A stretch of DNA of 64,000 nucleotides, from NCBI GenBank assembly GCA_964016885.1, contig OZ024742.1:257920001-257984000 (forward strand). Reading direction: 5' to 3'. Position numbers and translations under genes: made by a program. The notes beneath the pieces are model-generated. The model did no database searches, had not been told where the DNA came from, and worked only from the letters and a program-made list of their open reading frames with translations. The stretch is from Eledone cirrhosa (Eukaryota). Shown one piece after another: positions 42,335-58,000 of the stretch. The first letter of the stretch is position 1. Each line of letters starts with the position of its first letter.

Positions 42335-43044
42335 TCTCCCCTCCTTAGATTCCACGATATGGACTATGATGTGGGAACTCCACCAACATTCAATAACCCA
42401 ATTGGACTATCATTTAATCTTGATGCTTTTCTTCAATATACCTCTGAGTTTGTCTTTCTACTTTACCATATCAACCTGATGTAGGTCTCCTATGATATTA
42501 AAAGCAATAATAGAATAAGCCAGAGAAGTGTTCTTCCAATCTCTTCCCTGGGTCTTTACATTGAACGTCACTCTCTTCGCTTGCAGGGACAGTAGATGTC
42601 TATTGAGGCATGAAAGATTGTTACTATCCTTATTAAAATCACCTTGCACGTCTGGAAACAGGTTTAAACCACCATGTGCCATAGTCATAGTGTACATCAG
42701 CATTCTTTTTGTTTAAATATTTTGCGTGTGGCTTTTCATGTTTTAGATTTGGAGTCATTTAGAAATTAAAAACTGACAGATTTGATTCCAAAATCTGTTC
42801 TATAACATTACCAATTCTCTCAAAGAAAGCCCTGCGCTGTTTTTCTTCTGTATCCAAAACCATGACACGTAAATTAAACACTTACTTATAAATGTTTCTC
42901 CAAATTCCATTGAAACTAATTACATTAATCTAATTAAATAGAACTCGAAGCCAAGTGCTTGAGCAATTTCGGCAAAAAGCAAGACAGTTTGTGCTTTCAC
43001 TCCGAACATAGAGATTTACATTCTATCTTTCTGGGTCAAGCTTT

Positions 43045-44820
43045 GTCGTGGCGAGAGGGCTTGTATCTTCTGTAAATCTGAGAAACCATTCGGTTTGGAG
43101 CTTTGTTCCTGGTAGGGCTATTCTAGGCGGGCTGGCATTCCGGGGAGTTTCCAGACCAACAGTGAACCACGGCGTCGGCTTACAATGAAGACCGCAGCCC
43201 CATCATCCAACTATTCTGCGAAGGGTCAACAACCAGAAGAAACATGAACTTACTACGAAACCGACCAGATAAAAAACCACACTGCATAATATCGAAACGG
43301 ACAACTGCATGTTCCCCACCAACGAGAAATTTACAATGGTGATCGCCTGCTGATTTTCTGCCCTTACAACAATCTGTGTATTCCAGAGAGCTGGCTCCCC
43401 CGCAAACATATTCATCACTGGCCCTGATACAATCGTGATGGTTACACTCGGAAGGCAATCGATCACATCATCACCTGCCGTTACTGAGTTCATTTGTCAC
43501 CAACTGCCAGGTCTACAGAGGAGCTCAACTCGGCAATACAGATAATTGGTTGCTGGTTGCCGCACTGAGATAGAGGTGAGAGTAGATCCTGACATCAAGT
43601 ACCAGCTCCGCCCGGAGTCATCTTGTCTTCACAATTTCCTCATCGCCTTTATATTTGCGAGCTAAATCACCCATTGCTTCAGCGTCCTGTCAGATGACGA
43701 GACCCACAACTTGGAGATCTTTAAATAAAGCGTTAACCAGTCTGTGCACGACGTCCTCGTAAACTCAGTCTTCTCCGCGGAGGCTGGAAATAATTAATTG
43801 TCGCCGCAAGGCTCACATGTGCTGCGACATGAATTCGACACGTTCAACCGAGCGTCTCTCTAGAAATGTATCCACCTCGTTTGGTAAGCTACGTAAGATT
43901 ACCACAGTGTGCCAACGACTCTATAGCAAGGAGGAGAGCTGCATGCGGGTGAAGGAGAAGGAGTTCGACAGCGTGTTCAGATAAGGCTGCATGGCTACCC
44001 CTGACATCTTCGAATGTGCCATCGTCTATCTGATAACGAAGGTTTGTGAGCCTGTTTCTGGTGCTACATTCGGGAATTTCCAACTAACCGACCTGGAGCA
44101 CGCAGAGGACAAGACCCTAATCAGAGCAGAGACCCACTGATCACGTACCGGGAGGAATCATCAAAGCAGCCTCCAGGTAATCTGGACGAAAAGAAAGCTG
44201 ATATATGTCGGTAATGGCTCGGATCCTTCTCTGCTTTATATTGGTCCCGACTGGGATCGACTATCACCAGCAAGGGAGACCTGACCCCGGGTATCAATCG
44301 CAGGTGTTGCTTGACTGCCGGGTCATGCACATCCTATGGAAGTCTCTTTGGTGCCACTGCTCAATGTCCCAGAAGAGAAAGCACTGTTTTTTCAACGCAT
44401 CGTTTCTCTGTTCTCCTCTGTTGAGCAGAAAGTTGGCCCCTTCACAAAGACCTTGGCATAAAGGATCGACAGATTTGACAGCAGAGACCTGAGGGGAATA
44501 AAAAACATCAAATCCCGCCACCGTGTTTTCAACAAAGTGTTGCGTTTGTGTAATCATCAGCCCGCAGCTTGCCGCCTCATAGCTATGGGCCTCATGGGCT
44601 GCTACGGACATGCCATCCGCTTTCCACAAGATCATCCTACAAGGGCCTTAATCTCGGTCAACGCAGCGGCCGCAGAGCCGCAGGCTGGAGGAAAATCTTC
44701 GGAGGCTCGACATCATTTTTGAGGAAGCAGAGGGGCTGACATGGGACCTGCAGCAATGAATGGCGTTGGTGGACCTTTTCAGCTCTAGGCTCGATGATGC
44801 TTTTTGGATCGCTGGCTTAG
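43045..44820 (+). mobile_element. Highly decayed RTE-clade LINE (5' UTR plus RT C-terminal region)
   Basis: 5' gtcgtggcgagagggcttg...tcctggtagggc (resembles RTE 5' UTRs); remnants GCMATPDIFECAI (QGC motif region), AESWPL...RIDRFDSRDLRGI...YGHAIRFPQDHPTR. Confidence 0.6.
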
Positions 44821-44849
44821 GATAGCCTCATCGGACATGAGCAAAAAGA

Positions 44850-45700
44850 AGAAGATTTATAATTACTTTAAGTTTGCGTATGTCCTGCATATGATGTATC
44901 ATGATGAGTCAAACATGTAACACATTTCGCCCGAACGTGTATCGATGTAACCTTGCATTTGAGGTTAGGACGGCAAAATATGTTCCAGATCGATAAATCA
45001 AGTTGGGGTCAGGTCTGTAATCGAGAAGTACCATTATTATTTACTTTATTTTTCAACTCCTTACCGTCCCCTTGCACCCCATGCTCACTTCCCACGCGAG
45101 GATTAAAGTCACCTAGGATAATTAGTTTTTCATTATTTATCATGTATAGGATTGTATTGCAAAGAGATTCATAAACTGAGAAAATAAACTCCTCACTATA
45201 TGTAAGAGTTGGTAGATATACAGAAACAACACACATATAACGCGCCGATGATGTAGGAATAAGAAGTTTTATAATACGATCTTCTTGCACTTTAAACCTT
45301 TCCGGAAAGATTGGCTTTAATGGCAAAACCAACACTACCTTACCCTTTTTTACTATTATGACATCCTATAAAAGTAGTGTATAACTAGGGAAATCTTCAT
45401 CTCGTTGATCTTCATCTGAAAAACGCAACTAAGAAAGTGCCTCGTACAAGTAAACAGACCGTTACCGGTCTAACACCTCTATCTAAAAAAGTGTTTTGAC
45501 ATTTCAACCGTAAAAGCTGTGTAGAATTCGCTTTTGTGGCATATACAATTCTGTTTTCCTTTTTGCTGTTACTGTAACTTGAGATCTGCCATTGTTCGAA
45601 GTAAGTTTGTGGACTGAAAAGTTTCTAGTGATCCATTCTCAGCAACGTCCCACTAAATTGGGTGATCAGATTAGAGCCGCTTAGATGCCAGAGTCACTGA
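44850..45700 (-). mobile_element. Decayed RTE-type apurinic endonuclease fragment
   Basis: DRIIKLLIP...VVSVYLPTL...YESL...EKLIILGDFNPRVG (ORF 45009-45335). Confidence 0.75.
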
Positions 45701-45925
45701 CAAAAATGGTTCCATAGGTGGTATGCCGGTTGAGCACTCTATGCTCTTACAGAGCAGAGTATGATAGAATATGCTCCGAAATCATTAGACGTGTCCGTCG
45801 AACCAGCGGTTCCAGAATCAGGCAGATCCACACAATGATCGCGTCTCGAGCTGTCCGACGGTGAAACAATTGTAACATACAATAAATTTAGTTCAGATGC
45901 ATCACTGATTTTTCCTTTTCTATTC

Positions 45926-45983
<58 letters not shown>

Positions 45984-45986
<3 letters not shown>

Positions 45987-46458
45987 CTTCCCCGTTCTCT
46001 CTGTATCCCTCACTTCTTTCGCCCCCACTGTCAGTTACACTTTCTCTCGACTGACCTCTCCCTCGCACATCCACTCACTCAATCTCTGTTTCTCCCCTTC
46101 TCACTTCGTCCCGTTTGGCTAGTAGTAGGTTCTCTTCTTGCTCACATCTCACTCACGTCGGACGGTCTGTATCTTGATCATTCATGAAATCCACCCAGCT
46201 TATGCTGACCGGAAAACCATGTTGCTTGTTTATTCCCATCTTTGCGTTGCTTTCATCCTTCTATGTTGTTTACTTGTCTCACTCGCTTTACACGATTTAC
46301 TTGTCCCAATAGCTTTTTTTAGTTATTGCTCGCACCAACCTGAGGTATATCATTTTTAATGCGATGAAATATCAATGATGGTTGGCAAATCACTGACGAA
46401 GGACTAATTTTATCATATGTAACCCATGTGCAACCACGCAGTATTCTTCTTTCTTCTC

Positions 46459-46465
<7 letters not shown>
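45984..46465 (+). mobile_element. Copy of the non-coding unit of about 520 nt
   Basis: Aligns with the reverse complement of 18480-18925; (TA)n flanks. Confidence 0.8.
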
Positions 46466-46557
<92 letters not shown>

Positions 46558-46719
46558 GAGGTTGCCTGACATGCATAGAAGGTTGTCTCCGACGTTTCTG
46601 CTGGACATTAACAGAAGGCGTTAGTCCTGGTGTTTGCATAGCAAGGGCTTCCCTAAAACCGCGTTTGTTACAAAATACGAAATTTCTATACATATTTGTA
46701 TAAATCTATGCTTGAAGCG

Positions 46720-46758
<39 letters not shown>

Positions 46759-46957
46759 TAAGCACACGTTCATATATATATGCATACACACGTACAGTAG
46801 TATGTATATATATACATACATGCACACATATATATATGTACGTATGGATTCACCGAACATTTATTATAATGCTCGGTGTGTTTGTAAACAAACATCCCGT
46901 ATTAAGCCGTAGTGTCCAGCAACCATCGTTGCTCGTTTGTTCAACACTGACAAAGGA

Positions 46958-47000
46958 ACGCTGTACTAGTTTCAAGCTTATTAGCTATCGTCAGCAACGT
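46958..47000 (-). ncRNA. Minimal type I hammerhead, canonical
   Basis: acgttg CTGACGA t-agct aata agct-t GAAA ctag TA cagcgt: 6-bp stem I, palindromic ACUAGU. Confidence 0.82.
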
Positions 47001-47430
47001 ATACCTTCCTGCCAGATTGTTGAACGTATATACTTACCTTATGCATATTAACGGCTGAGTAGCCCAATTTGCATATCGAGTGGGTTAATCGGCCGGGTGC
47101 ACCGAAAACGATAAACGAAAAACATGAAACAAAATTTCATTTCCCACTCTTAGTACGGCTGTTACTTAAATATAAGTATGTACACGTACATACATATATG
47201 TATACAGACGTACAGTAGTATGTATATATATATATATATATATATACATACATGCACACACATATATATATAGTATTAAGGATACTATTTATTGTTATGT
47301 ATATATTAAAACCTTTTATAGTTATATATATTTTAAACCTTAAACAGTGAAAGACAGTAATTTATTACTACCTTATTACCAGTAAGATAAATAGCTCAAT
47401 GTAATAACATCAGTTATTCTACAGAGCAGT

Positions 47431-47862
47431 TATATAGAAATTACATGAATCAAAGTTCTTTTCAAATCATTTATTCGCTTACAATTGTTTCTTCCAAACC
47501 GAGGTTTCGAGTCTTCGGAGCAATATTTCAATGATTATTTACATACATGACCTCCTTTCCAATACAAGAGACATACAGAAACATATGTATATATTGATGC
47601 ACTGTGGGTTGACATCCATTATAATATTTAAGCATGGCAGTTTACATTCAAAGATTAAACTGCCATGCTTAAATATTATAATGGATGTCAACCCACTGTG
47701 CATCAATATATACATATGTTTCTGTATGTCTCTTGTGTTGGAAAGAGGTAATGTATGTAAATAAGCATTGAAATATTGCTCCGAAGACTCGAAACCTCGG
47801 TTTGGAAGAAACAATTGTAAGCGAATAAATGATTTGAACAGAACTTTGATTCATGTAATTTC

Positions 47863-47867
<5 letters not shown>
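47431..47867. repeat. Palindrome of about 435 bp (fold-back pLTR), centre about 47650, with CCGAAGA hammerheads at 47472-47525 (-) and 47774-47827 (+)
   Basis: tattgct CCGAAGA ctcgaaacc tc ggtttggaa GAAA caattg TA agcgaata in both arms. Confidence 0.85.
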
Positions 47868-47909
<42 letters not shown>

Positions 47910-48183
47910 ATATATATATATATAGGTAGATAAGATATATATATATATATATATATACATATACATATGTATACGCATATATATCTAGAACGAGTCGGTG
48001 GAGATGAGAACGAAGTGATACCTAAACATAGGAGTACTCAATGCATATATAGAGATCAGTAGAATCCCAAATCATGCTCGAAGCCGTTTAGGCTTGTGCG
48101 ACACAAAAGGACATCGCTTTGTGGCGTGGTGTGGATTTTACATATGTCAATATATGCATATATATATAAATGTATAGATTAAC

Positions 48184-48219
<36 letters not shown>

Positions 48220-48432
48220 ACAATAATACATTTGAAGACTAAAATCCAAAGAGGGCTCGATAAGGATAAATATATATCAAATACATAAGAACCGTACAGC
48301 AATTATTTATTAAAATAACAGATTAAAGTTTAAGCAAAGAATCGCTGCTTTCACCCTTAACGGAATCTTCTGAAACTCATGTTTCAGGGTGAAAGCAGCG
48401 ATTCTTTGCTTAAACTTTAATCTGTTATTTTA

Positions 48433-50882
<2,450 letters not shown>

Positions 50883-50928
50883 ATATATATATATATATAT
50901 ATAAACAATGCATTATTTAATATATATA

Positions 50929-53900
50929 GAGGCGCAGCGGTGACCGTGGCTGTCTGATATCCGGACTGAATGTCCTGGCAGGTTTTACCATGCTACACAG
51001 GTATCAGACTATTGGTCCTAGAAATGATTTATCATCTTCTAGAGTTCGAAATCTAGCTAACTGAAGAGGTACCGGCCTGCCCACCCAGCCAGTGGGATGG
51101 CGTCATCTTATGGCTAAAACAGCACGAAGAAAACTGCCTCAGTACCCTGCGTGTCAATCGGGGCACTCCACGACGACAGAGTGCAACCCGAGCGACGAGA
51201 GGCTGCTAAGAATCACAGGTTTCCTAAGGCCACCATGGAACAGGACTAACCTGGCCATATGCACCTACAACTGGAGTTCTTTGGCAGGGGGCAAGGATTG
51301 AACCACCTAATGGAGGAGAAGAAGAAGATCAGATGCGACGTGTTAGGGCTGTGCGAGGCCCGTCAGAAGAAGGAGGCGAGTTTGCGATGGCAAGATGGAT
51401 GCGCCGTGAGACTCGGGAAAACAGAGGGTGCCAGATCGGTCTGAGGTATATGGTTCATCGTAAGGCAGGATGGGCGTCGAAGGTCACATCTTGCCAGTTC
51501 ATATCGTCACGGATTAGTGTACTGAACGTGTACCTCTCAGGGAAGGCCACCCTCAAACTCGTCCAGACCTACGCTCCCACAAGTGCCAGTGACGACGATA
51601 AAGTGGAAGAATTCTATTGCAGCTAGACAAAGTGCAAGCTGTGAAGTCCACTTACACCGTCGTGATGGGAGACTTCAACGCAAAGGTCGGACAGGGATGG
51701 CAAGGGGAAGAGTATGTCGGAAGATTCGGCCTAGGAGAACGAAATGAGAGAGGAGAGCATCTGGTCACCATGGCAGAGCCGAGACGGCTCTACATCGGAA
51801 ACAGCGTATTCAGGAAGTAGAAGAAGAGATGGACTTGGGTATCGCTAAATTCTGAGCACCGAAACGAGATCGACTACATTCTGGTCGACAAGCGACGCAT
51901 ACTGCAGGACGTCTCCGTCATAACACCATTCATCACTGGCAGTGATCATCGTCTGGTGAGTGCCAGGTCATCATCGACCGGGCGAGGGAGAAGAAGGCAT
52001 TGCATTTCGCGTCGAAGGGAGAACGCGTCCGGGTCTTCAACGAGGCGCATGTGCAGGAAGCCATCATGCAGAAAAACTGGCGTCAAGGAGACGGCATAGA
52101 CGCTGACTACGACTCACTGATACCGAAACTGAAGGAGTGCTTGAGGAAGGCTAAGGGTGTGTGCCCGAGGGAACGGAAGGGAAGAGTCTCGGAGGAAACT
52201 ATGAAGTTGCTTGAGAAGATGGAGAATATGAAGAGAATACCTGAAGATCACCTCGAATATTCCCTTCTCAGCAGAGTGATACGTCAACAACTGAAGAGAG
52301 ACTCCGAGGCATACAGGGTGAAGAAGCTCCTGAAGGCCGCAGAGGAAAAGAAGAGCCCCAAGAAATGCGAGAGCGACATGGCAATGTACAGATCGGAGGT
52401 GACGACTCTGAAGAACACGGCTGGAGTCCCGGTCAGCGACAAGTGTGAGGTGGAAAAGGTTTGCGAAGATCTCTACACCAAGCTCTTCAAATCTGCTGGG
52501 AATGTGCAGCCGTTGCTGTCACTCCAACAGGAAGAAAATGTGCCACCCATCCTTGTCAGTGAGGTTGAAAGAACCGTCGGCTTGATGAAAAGCGGAAAGG
52601 CGCCAGGGAAAGACGGTATAACATCAGAGGTGTTGAAGTCAGGCGGAGAGGAGCTCTGGAAAATCCTCGGTGAGCGATTCGCACACTATCTGGACGAGGG
52701 AAGAATACCCTGGCAGCGGAAAGGGTCGAATACCATCCTGCTATAAAAGAGGGGCGATAGAGAAGATCTGAAGAACTACCGACTCACATGCCTGCTGTCT
52801 CACGTGTACAAGCTGTTCACGAAGATAATCCTGAACAGGTTATCACGTCATCTGTACAAACAGCAACCGAGAGAGCAAGCCGGCTTCCGGAAGAACTACA
52901 GCACGATGGACCACATATTTGCTCTGACACAACTGCTTGAGCGAGCAAAAGAGTACGAGATGCCTCTTTGCGTCACGTTCGTAGACTACGAGAAGGCATT
53001 CGACAGCGTCGAATCAATGCAGTGCTGCACTCGCTGCAGAGGCAAGGAATCGAGGCGCAATACGTTCAACTGCTCAATGAGGCGAATTCCGGAGCACCAC
53101 CAACATAGCTCTGCTGTCATCACCCGTACGAATGCCGGTCGAGAAGGGGGTGAAGCCAGGAGATACGATCTTTCCAAAACTTTTCACCGCGTGTCTCTAC
53201 CAGATCATCAGAGGCATTGACTGGCAAGGCGGTGTCAACATCAACGGCGAGATACATACCCACCTCCGTTTCACTGATGACATCGTACTCATCGCTGAAA
53301 CTCGGATCAACTTCAGACCATGCTGACGGAACTCCACATCAAAATCTCTGCAGTAGGCCTCAAGATGAACCGCATGAAAACGAAGTTCTTGCGGTCCGAT
53401 AACGTACCAACAGGTTGAATGGTGTTTGGCGGTGATGAAATAGAGGAGGTGGGGGAATATGTCTACCTAGGACGAGAAGTGAACATGCGCCGAGACATTG
53501 AGAGGGAGTTCTCGCGAAGAGTAAGGGCCGGAAAGAAAGCGTTCAACGGCATAAGCGATGTGCTCAAGGATGTTGGACAGGACCACCCGCGCCAACCTCT
53601 TCAATGGCACACTTTTACCTTCAATGTTATATGGCAGTGAGGCTTGGGCTACAACGAAGAGAGAAGAGCAGAGTTTGGTAACGGCTCAAAGAGCCATGGA
53701 GAGATCAATGCTAGGAATCTCGTTGAGAGAGCACATCAGGAGCGAAGTCATCAGACAGAAGTCCGGCGTAAGGGACGTCATCCGGAATATATACGCAGCA
53801 AGTTCAGATGGGCTGGACATGTCGCCAGGTTCACCGATAGTCGGTGGACTCGCGCAGTTGCCGAGTGGTACCCACGCGAGCGTAATCGACCACTCAGAAG

Positions 53901-54046
53901 GCCTCCACGAAGGTGGAGTTATGATTTTAGGAATATCATTGAGACTACATGGATGAGGAAAGCACGATCCAGAGAGGAATGGACGGCGTGCTGTGACCAG
54001 CGGGGCCGAATGGACGCCCGACAGACTGTCAAGGTGATCAAGGTGA
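50929..54046 (+). mobile_element. Near full-length RTE-clade LINE (APE plus RT), inactivated by stops and frameshifts
   Basis: ICTYN, CDVLGLCE, QTYAPT, VVMGDFNAKVG, EIDYIL, GSDHRL, GKAPGKDGI, EQAGFR, VDYEKAFDSV, GVKPGDTIFPKLF, HLRFTDDIVL, YVYLG, MLYGSEAW, RWAGHVAR, PPRRW; tail (tcaaggtga)2 then (TA)n. Confidence 0.93.
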
Positions 54047-54052
54047 TATATA

Positions 54053-54121
<69 letters not shown>

Positions 54122-55044
54122 GTGCATGAGATCATATATATCTGCATAGGTTATATTTTATAAACATTCATAATATAAAACATGTTTTTTATCATCATGC
54201 ATCCCCATTGATAGTCAGTCATACATATGAATAAAAGTGAATACGCGTTTAATTGCTTGTGTATTTTCTCGACGTAGGCGTCTATATGTTATCATGTATG
54301 TATAGCGTGAAGACTTGACAGAAAAGAAACATTCTCAAATACACAAAATGCTCACATAATATAGAATAAAACAAAAAAATGTCTGAAACAAATGTTCATC
54401 TGGAAAATCAATTTGTTTTATCTATGATGGTTACGAAAGTCAAATAAAGAAATACAAAATGAAACCTATTGTTTTCAGCTATCATTCAATTCTATCTGAG
54501 ACACCTGCATTATAATCCATTAGCTTTGTAGGAATATACCTCGTCCTTCTAGCACAATTTCTGTGAAATAATTACAAGAGATAAACCAGGGAATACATTA
54601 CTCCACATTCTTCTTTCTCAATATTTTTTATGTAGTATATTTGCATGTTTGCTCGTTTGTGATATCATCACCTAGAGCATATGCATATGTACGCATGCAT
54701 ACCTGTGATACGATTCATAAATATGATACATGTGATACAGAGTGATGGCGTTATAATGATCAGCAGATGCACCGTTGCTATGAAACAGATGTGCGCATGA
54801 TAGGGCATATGATGAAGGATTGTAGATTGTGAAAACAATTCACTTTTATTCAATGGTTGTAGTATATTATAGTTATATATGAATGTAGTGTATGTATGTT
54901 CTCTTGTCGGTGTAAATTCAAACCTATGTAAGATCCCATCCAGTGCTCATTCAGCTGAGCTCTAAATATCTGAAGTATAAAACACATGTAAGTATATATT
55001 AGATAGAAAGATTGACAGACAGATAGATATAGTGATAGATAGAC

Positions 55045-58000
55045 ATATTTCTTTATTTGCCACAGGGGCGTACACAATTGGGACATTATAAGACGTGACG
55101 GCGGGGGTTTTACATAAAACTAAATTTAACATTAATAAATAACAATAAACTATATATAATAAAATAACAATTGAAATCCCCAGTAGGGGGCAACGTTACT
55201 GCAGGGTTGGATAGAACAACCCTCAACGCCAGGAATACCTTTTGTAGGTGTTCCTGTCTTCCCTCTGTTTATTTTCCTCAACCTACAGGTTTATAGACAG
55301 AGAAGGCTCATTCACTCGGGCCATTTTTGCCACATTCACCGACCTTTCAGCGAAATTACTGGGGTGTAGCACCACTCTCCCCACTCTCACCTTCCTTCTG
55401 AAGTGATACTTAAAGAAGGGGATAAGTTGTTGTCCGGAGAGAAAGGTGTTTGCCCCCAGTCCTTGTAACTTTGTCCACCATATTACCTCTTTCGCCATAG
55501 CCACCAGACAGAGGAAAACCACCTCTACTTCGTTCTTAAATGAAGGCGGCGGAGTGATCCTCACGATGGACTTGGCTGACAACTGGATGCGTCCCACACG
55601 TGACAGCAGCTGTTCGACATATTTCCACAGGTCGGTTACCCCTGGGCACTGAACAATTGGGTGCAGAACGGTTTCGATGTCCTGCTCGCATCTTGGACAG
55701 GTCCTTTGGCAGGATCTCTGCCAGGGCGTCCGTGCCTGTAGATTATCTCTCGAACTGGTAGAGCTCCTCGGTAGCACTACCAGGCCAGAGACCTCTGGAA
55801 ATTATCCATAAGCCCTAGACGGAAGGTCCTCCCGAACAGACTGGTCAGTTCGTCCTCCTCGATGCCTAGATTTTCCCCGAGAACGTCGTCGCATTTATCC
55901 TCCACTAATCCCCTATAGAATGTCAAAGAGGAGTCTCCGCGTATTGCCGTGTCCGCTTGGTAGAGGGCTGTGAGCGCCTGTAGGAACTCGAGGTGCCAGG
56001 CACTCATTTTCGGTCTTCGCTTGACCCAGGACTGCAGCTCTGTTAGTGAGACGAATTGTTGGAGAGCTTGTCTCACAAACGGCAGCCACACCGGTTCACC
56101 GGTGAGGTATACCTGGAGATGGCGTAGCCTCAGCGCATGTTTGCGCATCAACAGCTACGGCATGCCCAGCCCTCCGTTAGAAGAATGTTGACAGCAGATG
56201 GATCTCCTCACCAATGGAGCCTGTTTCTGCCAGAGGAACTTGAAGAGTAGGCGTTCCATTTTGGTAAGGTATTCGCGGGGGCAAGGCATGACTGTCAAGC
56301 GGTAGTAGATGACGGACGCTATCTAAGTGTTCGCCACCTCCGCTCGACCTTTCAAGGAGAGTTTGCACTCAGCTCACTTCGCCGTGACCTCGTTCCAGTT
56401 CTTGTGTACCTGGAGGTCTGGACCGAACCAGACCCCGAGCAATTTCACCGGTCCTTCCGTCCAGCGTCCAACGACACTGTCGAAAGGCATGGGCTTGCCT
56501 CTCCATGTGCCGAGTTGCAAACCGACATACTTTTTTGGGTTTAGTCTTGCTCCTGGCAACATTTCGTATTCCTGTAATAGGTTGACGATTACCCTGATTT
56601 CCGAGGTTTTCTACACCATTACATTTATGTCGTCGGCATAGGCTGACGCTGCTTTCCGCAGTCCTGGTTCAATCGGGATGCCCTGCAACAGCTTCAATTT
56701 CTGCAATAACGGCTCGAGAGTCATTACATACAGAATCGAGTAGAGAGGGCATCCCTGACGGATGGAACGCATGATTTGGAATGGCTCTGTTAGGTACCTT
56801 GACCTCCAAGCAGATGCTGGTGTGTATGGCAGCGATCCAGCCTCTGAAGACGGGACCGAAGCCGGTCGCCTTGAGAACTGCTTCCAAGTATTGATTGTCG
56901 ACTCTATCAAATGCTTTAGACTGATCTAAATTGATCATAGCCCCAACAAAGCCAGGTTTACACCCTACCCTCTCTATGATGTATCGCATGATGTGGAGGT
57001 TGTCGTGTGTGGACTTGATCGGGATTGCACACGTTTGGGCTTCCCCTATCAGGTTCTCGACGACAAGCGCCAGTCTTGCTGCTAACACGTTGGCCAAAAT
57101 CTTTTACTTTGTGTTGAGCAGAATTATGGGCCTGAAATTGTTTATCTCACCCCCCTTGTTCTCATCTTTCCTGATCAGCGTTACTACGCTTCTGCCTACA
57201 GAACTGGGAATCCTCCCGTTCTGCTGACAGTTGCAGTAGACTGCTTCGAGGACGCCAGAGAACAAGACTGGCATGCCTATGTAAAACTCATAGGGTACAC
57301 CATCTAAACCGGGTGATTTGCGTTTTCCACAGCGGCCTAGGGTATCTTCTATTTCGCCAGCTGTGATCGGCCTTTCGCAGCTCTTCGCTTCCGTGCTCAA
57401 GAGTCGCGGTACGCCGTCGAGGTAGGAGGTGAAGTCCATCACCTCGCTCGATGTTTCCGCTTTGCCGAACAGTTGTGAAAAATGCTGCGGAAGGCCATGC
57501 ACATCTGCTTGGATTCAAGTTCAATGCGTCCATCTTCGTCTTGCAAAGACCGAATTGTGGGTTTGTTGCCACTTTTCGCCTCTGCCACTCGGGCCTAGCT
57601 AACAGCTTTGGCTCCCTCGTTTCTTAGAGCACGTGCTCTACTTCTGACAATACAACCTTCGTCTTTCACGTTGAAGAACTGGTCTAGTGCCCTTCTCGCC
57701 GCTAGCAGGTTAGCTGTACAGCCATTCCTAAGTGCCTCTTCTAATTTAGCTACCAGTTCCTTTTCGGTTTTGTTTTTTTCTAAAGCTATTTCCTTGCTAA
57801 ATGCTATCGATTCTATTCTAATTGCTCACTTGAGAGAACTCCACCACTTGTTGTTGACGATTGGCCCAATCAACTGGCACTTAACTAAGGTTCTAATCCG
57901 TTTAGTGTAGTCCTTATGCGCCGGGAGCGACATGTTTAGCTTCCAGAATCCGGGTCCCTGTCTATGTGTTCTATCAAGGTTGACTACGCAGGTGACTAAT

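Noticed and set aside
39550-43040. Host exons suggested by isolated minus-strand donors (actcac about 40004, cttac about 42881)
   Set aside because: No recognisable protein or consistent exon chain; splice motifs alone are insufficient.
46335-46390. SECIS or C/D-box K-turn in the 520-nt unit
   Set aside because: The CTGA...ATGATG pattern occurs in one copy only; helix length and apical AA do not fit SECIS, and there is no upstream ORF.
50929-51110. HDV-like ribozyme or HHR in the RTE 5' UTR
   Set aside because: Hairpins (gtctgatatc/ggtatcagac, ctaga/tctag-CTAA) and a CTGAAGA are present, but I could not build P1/P1.1/P3 or a hammerhead three-way junction; needs a descriptor search.
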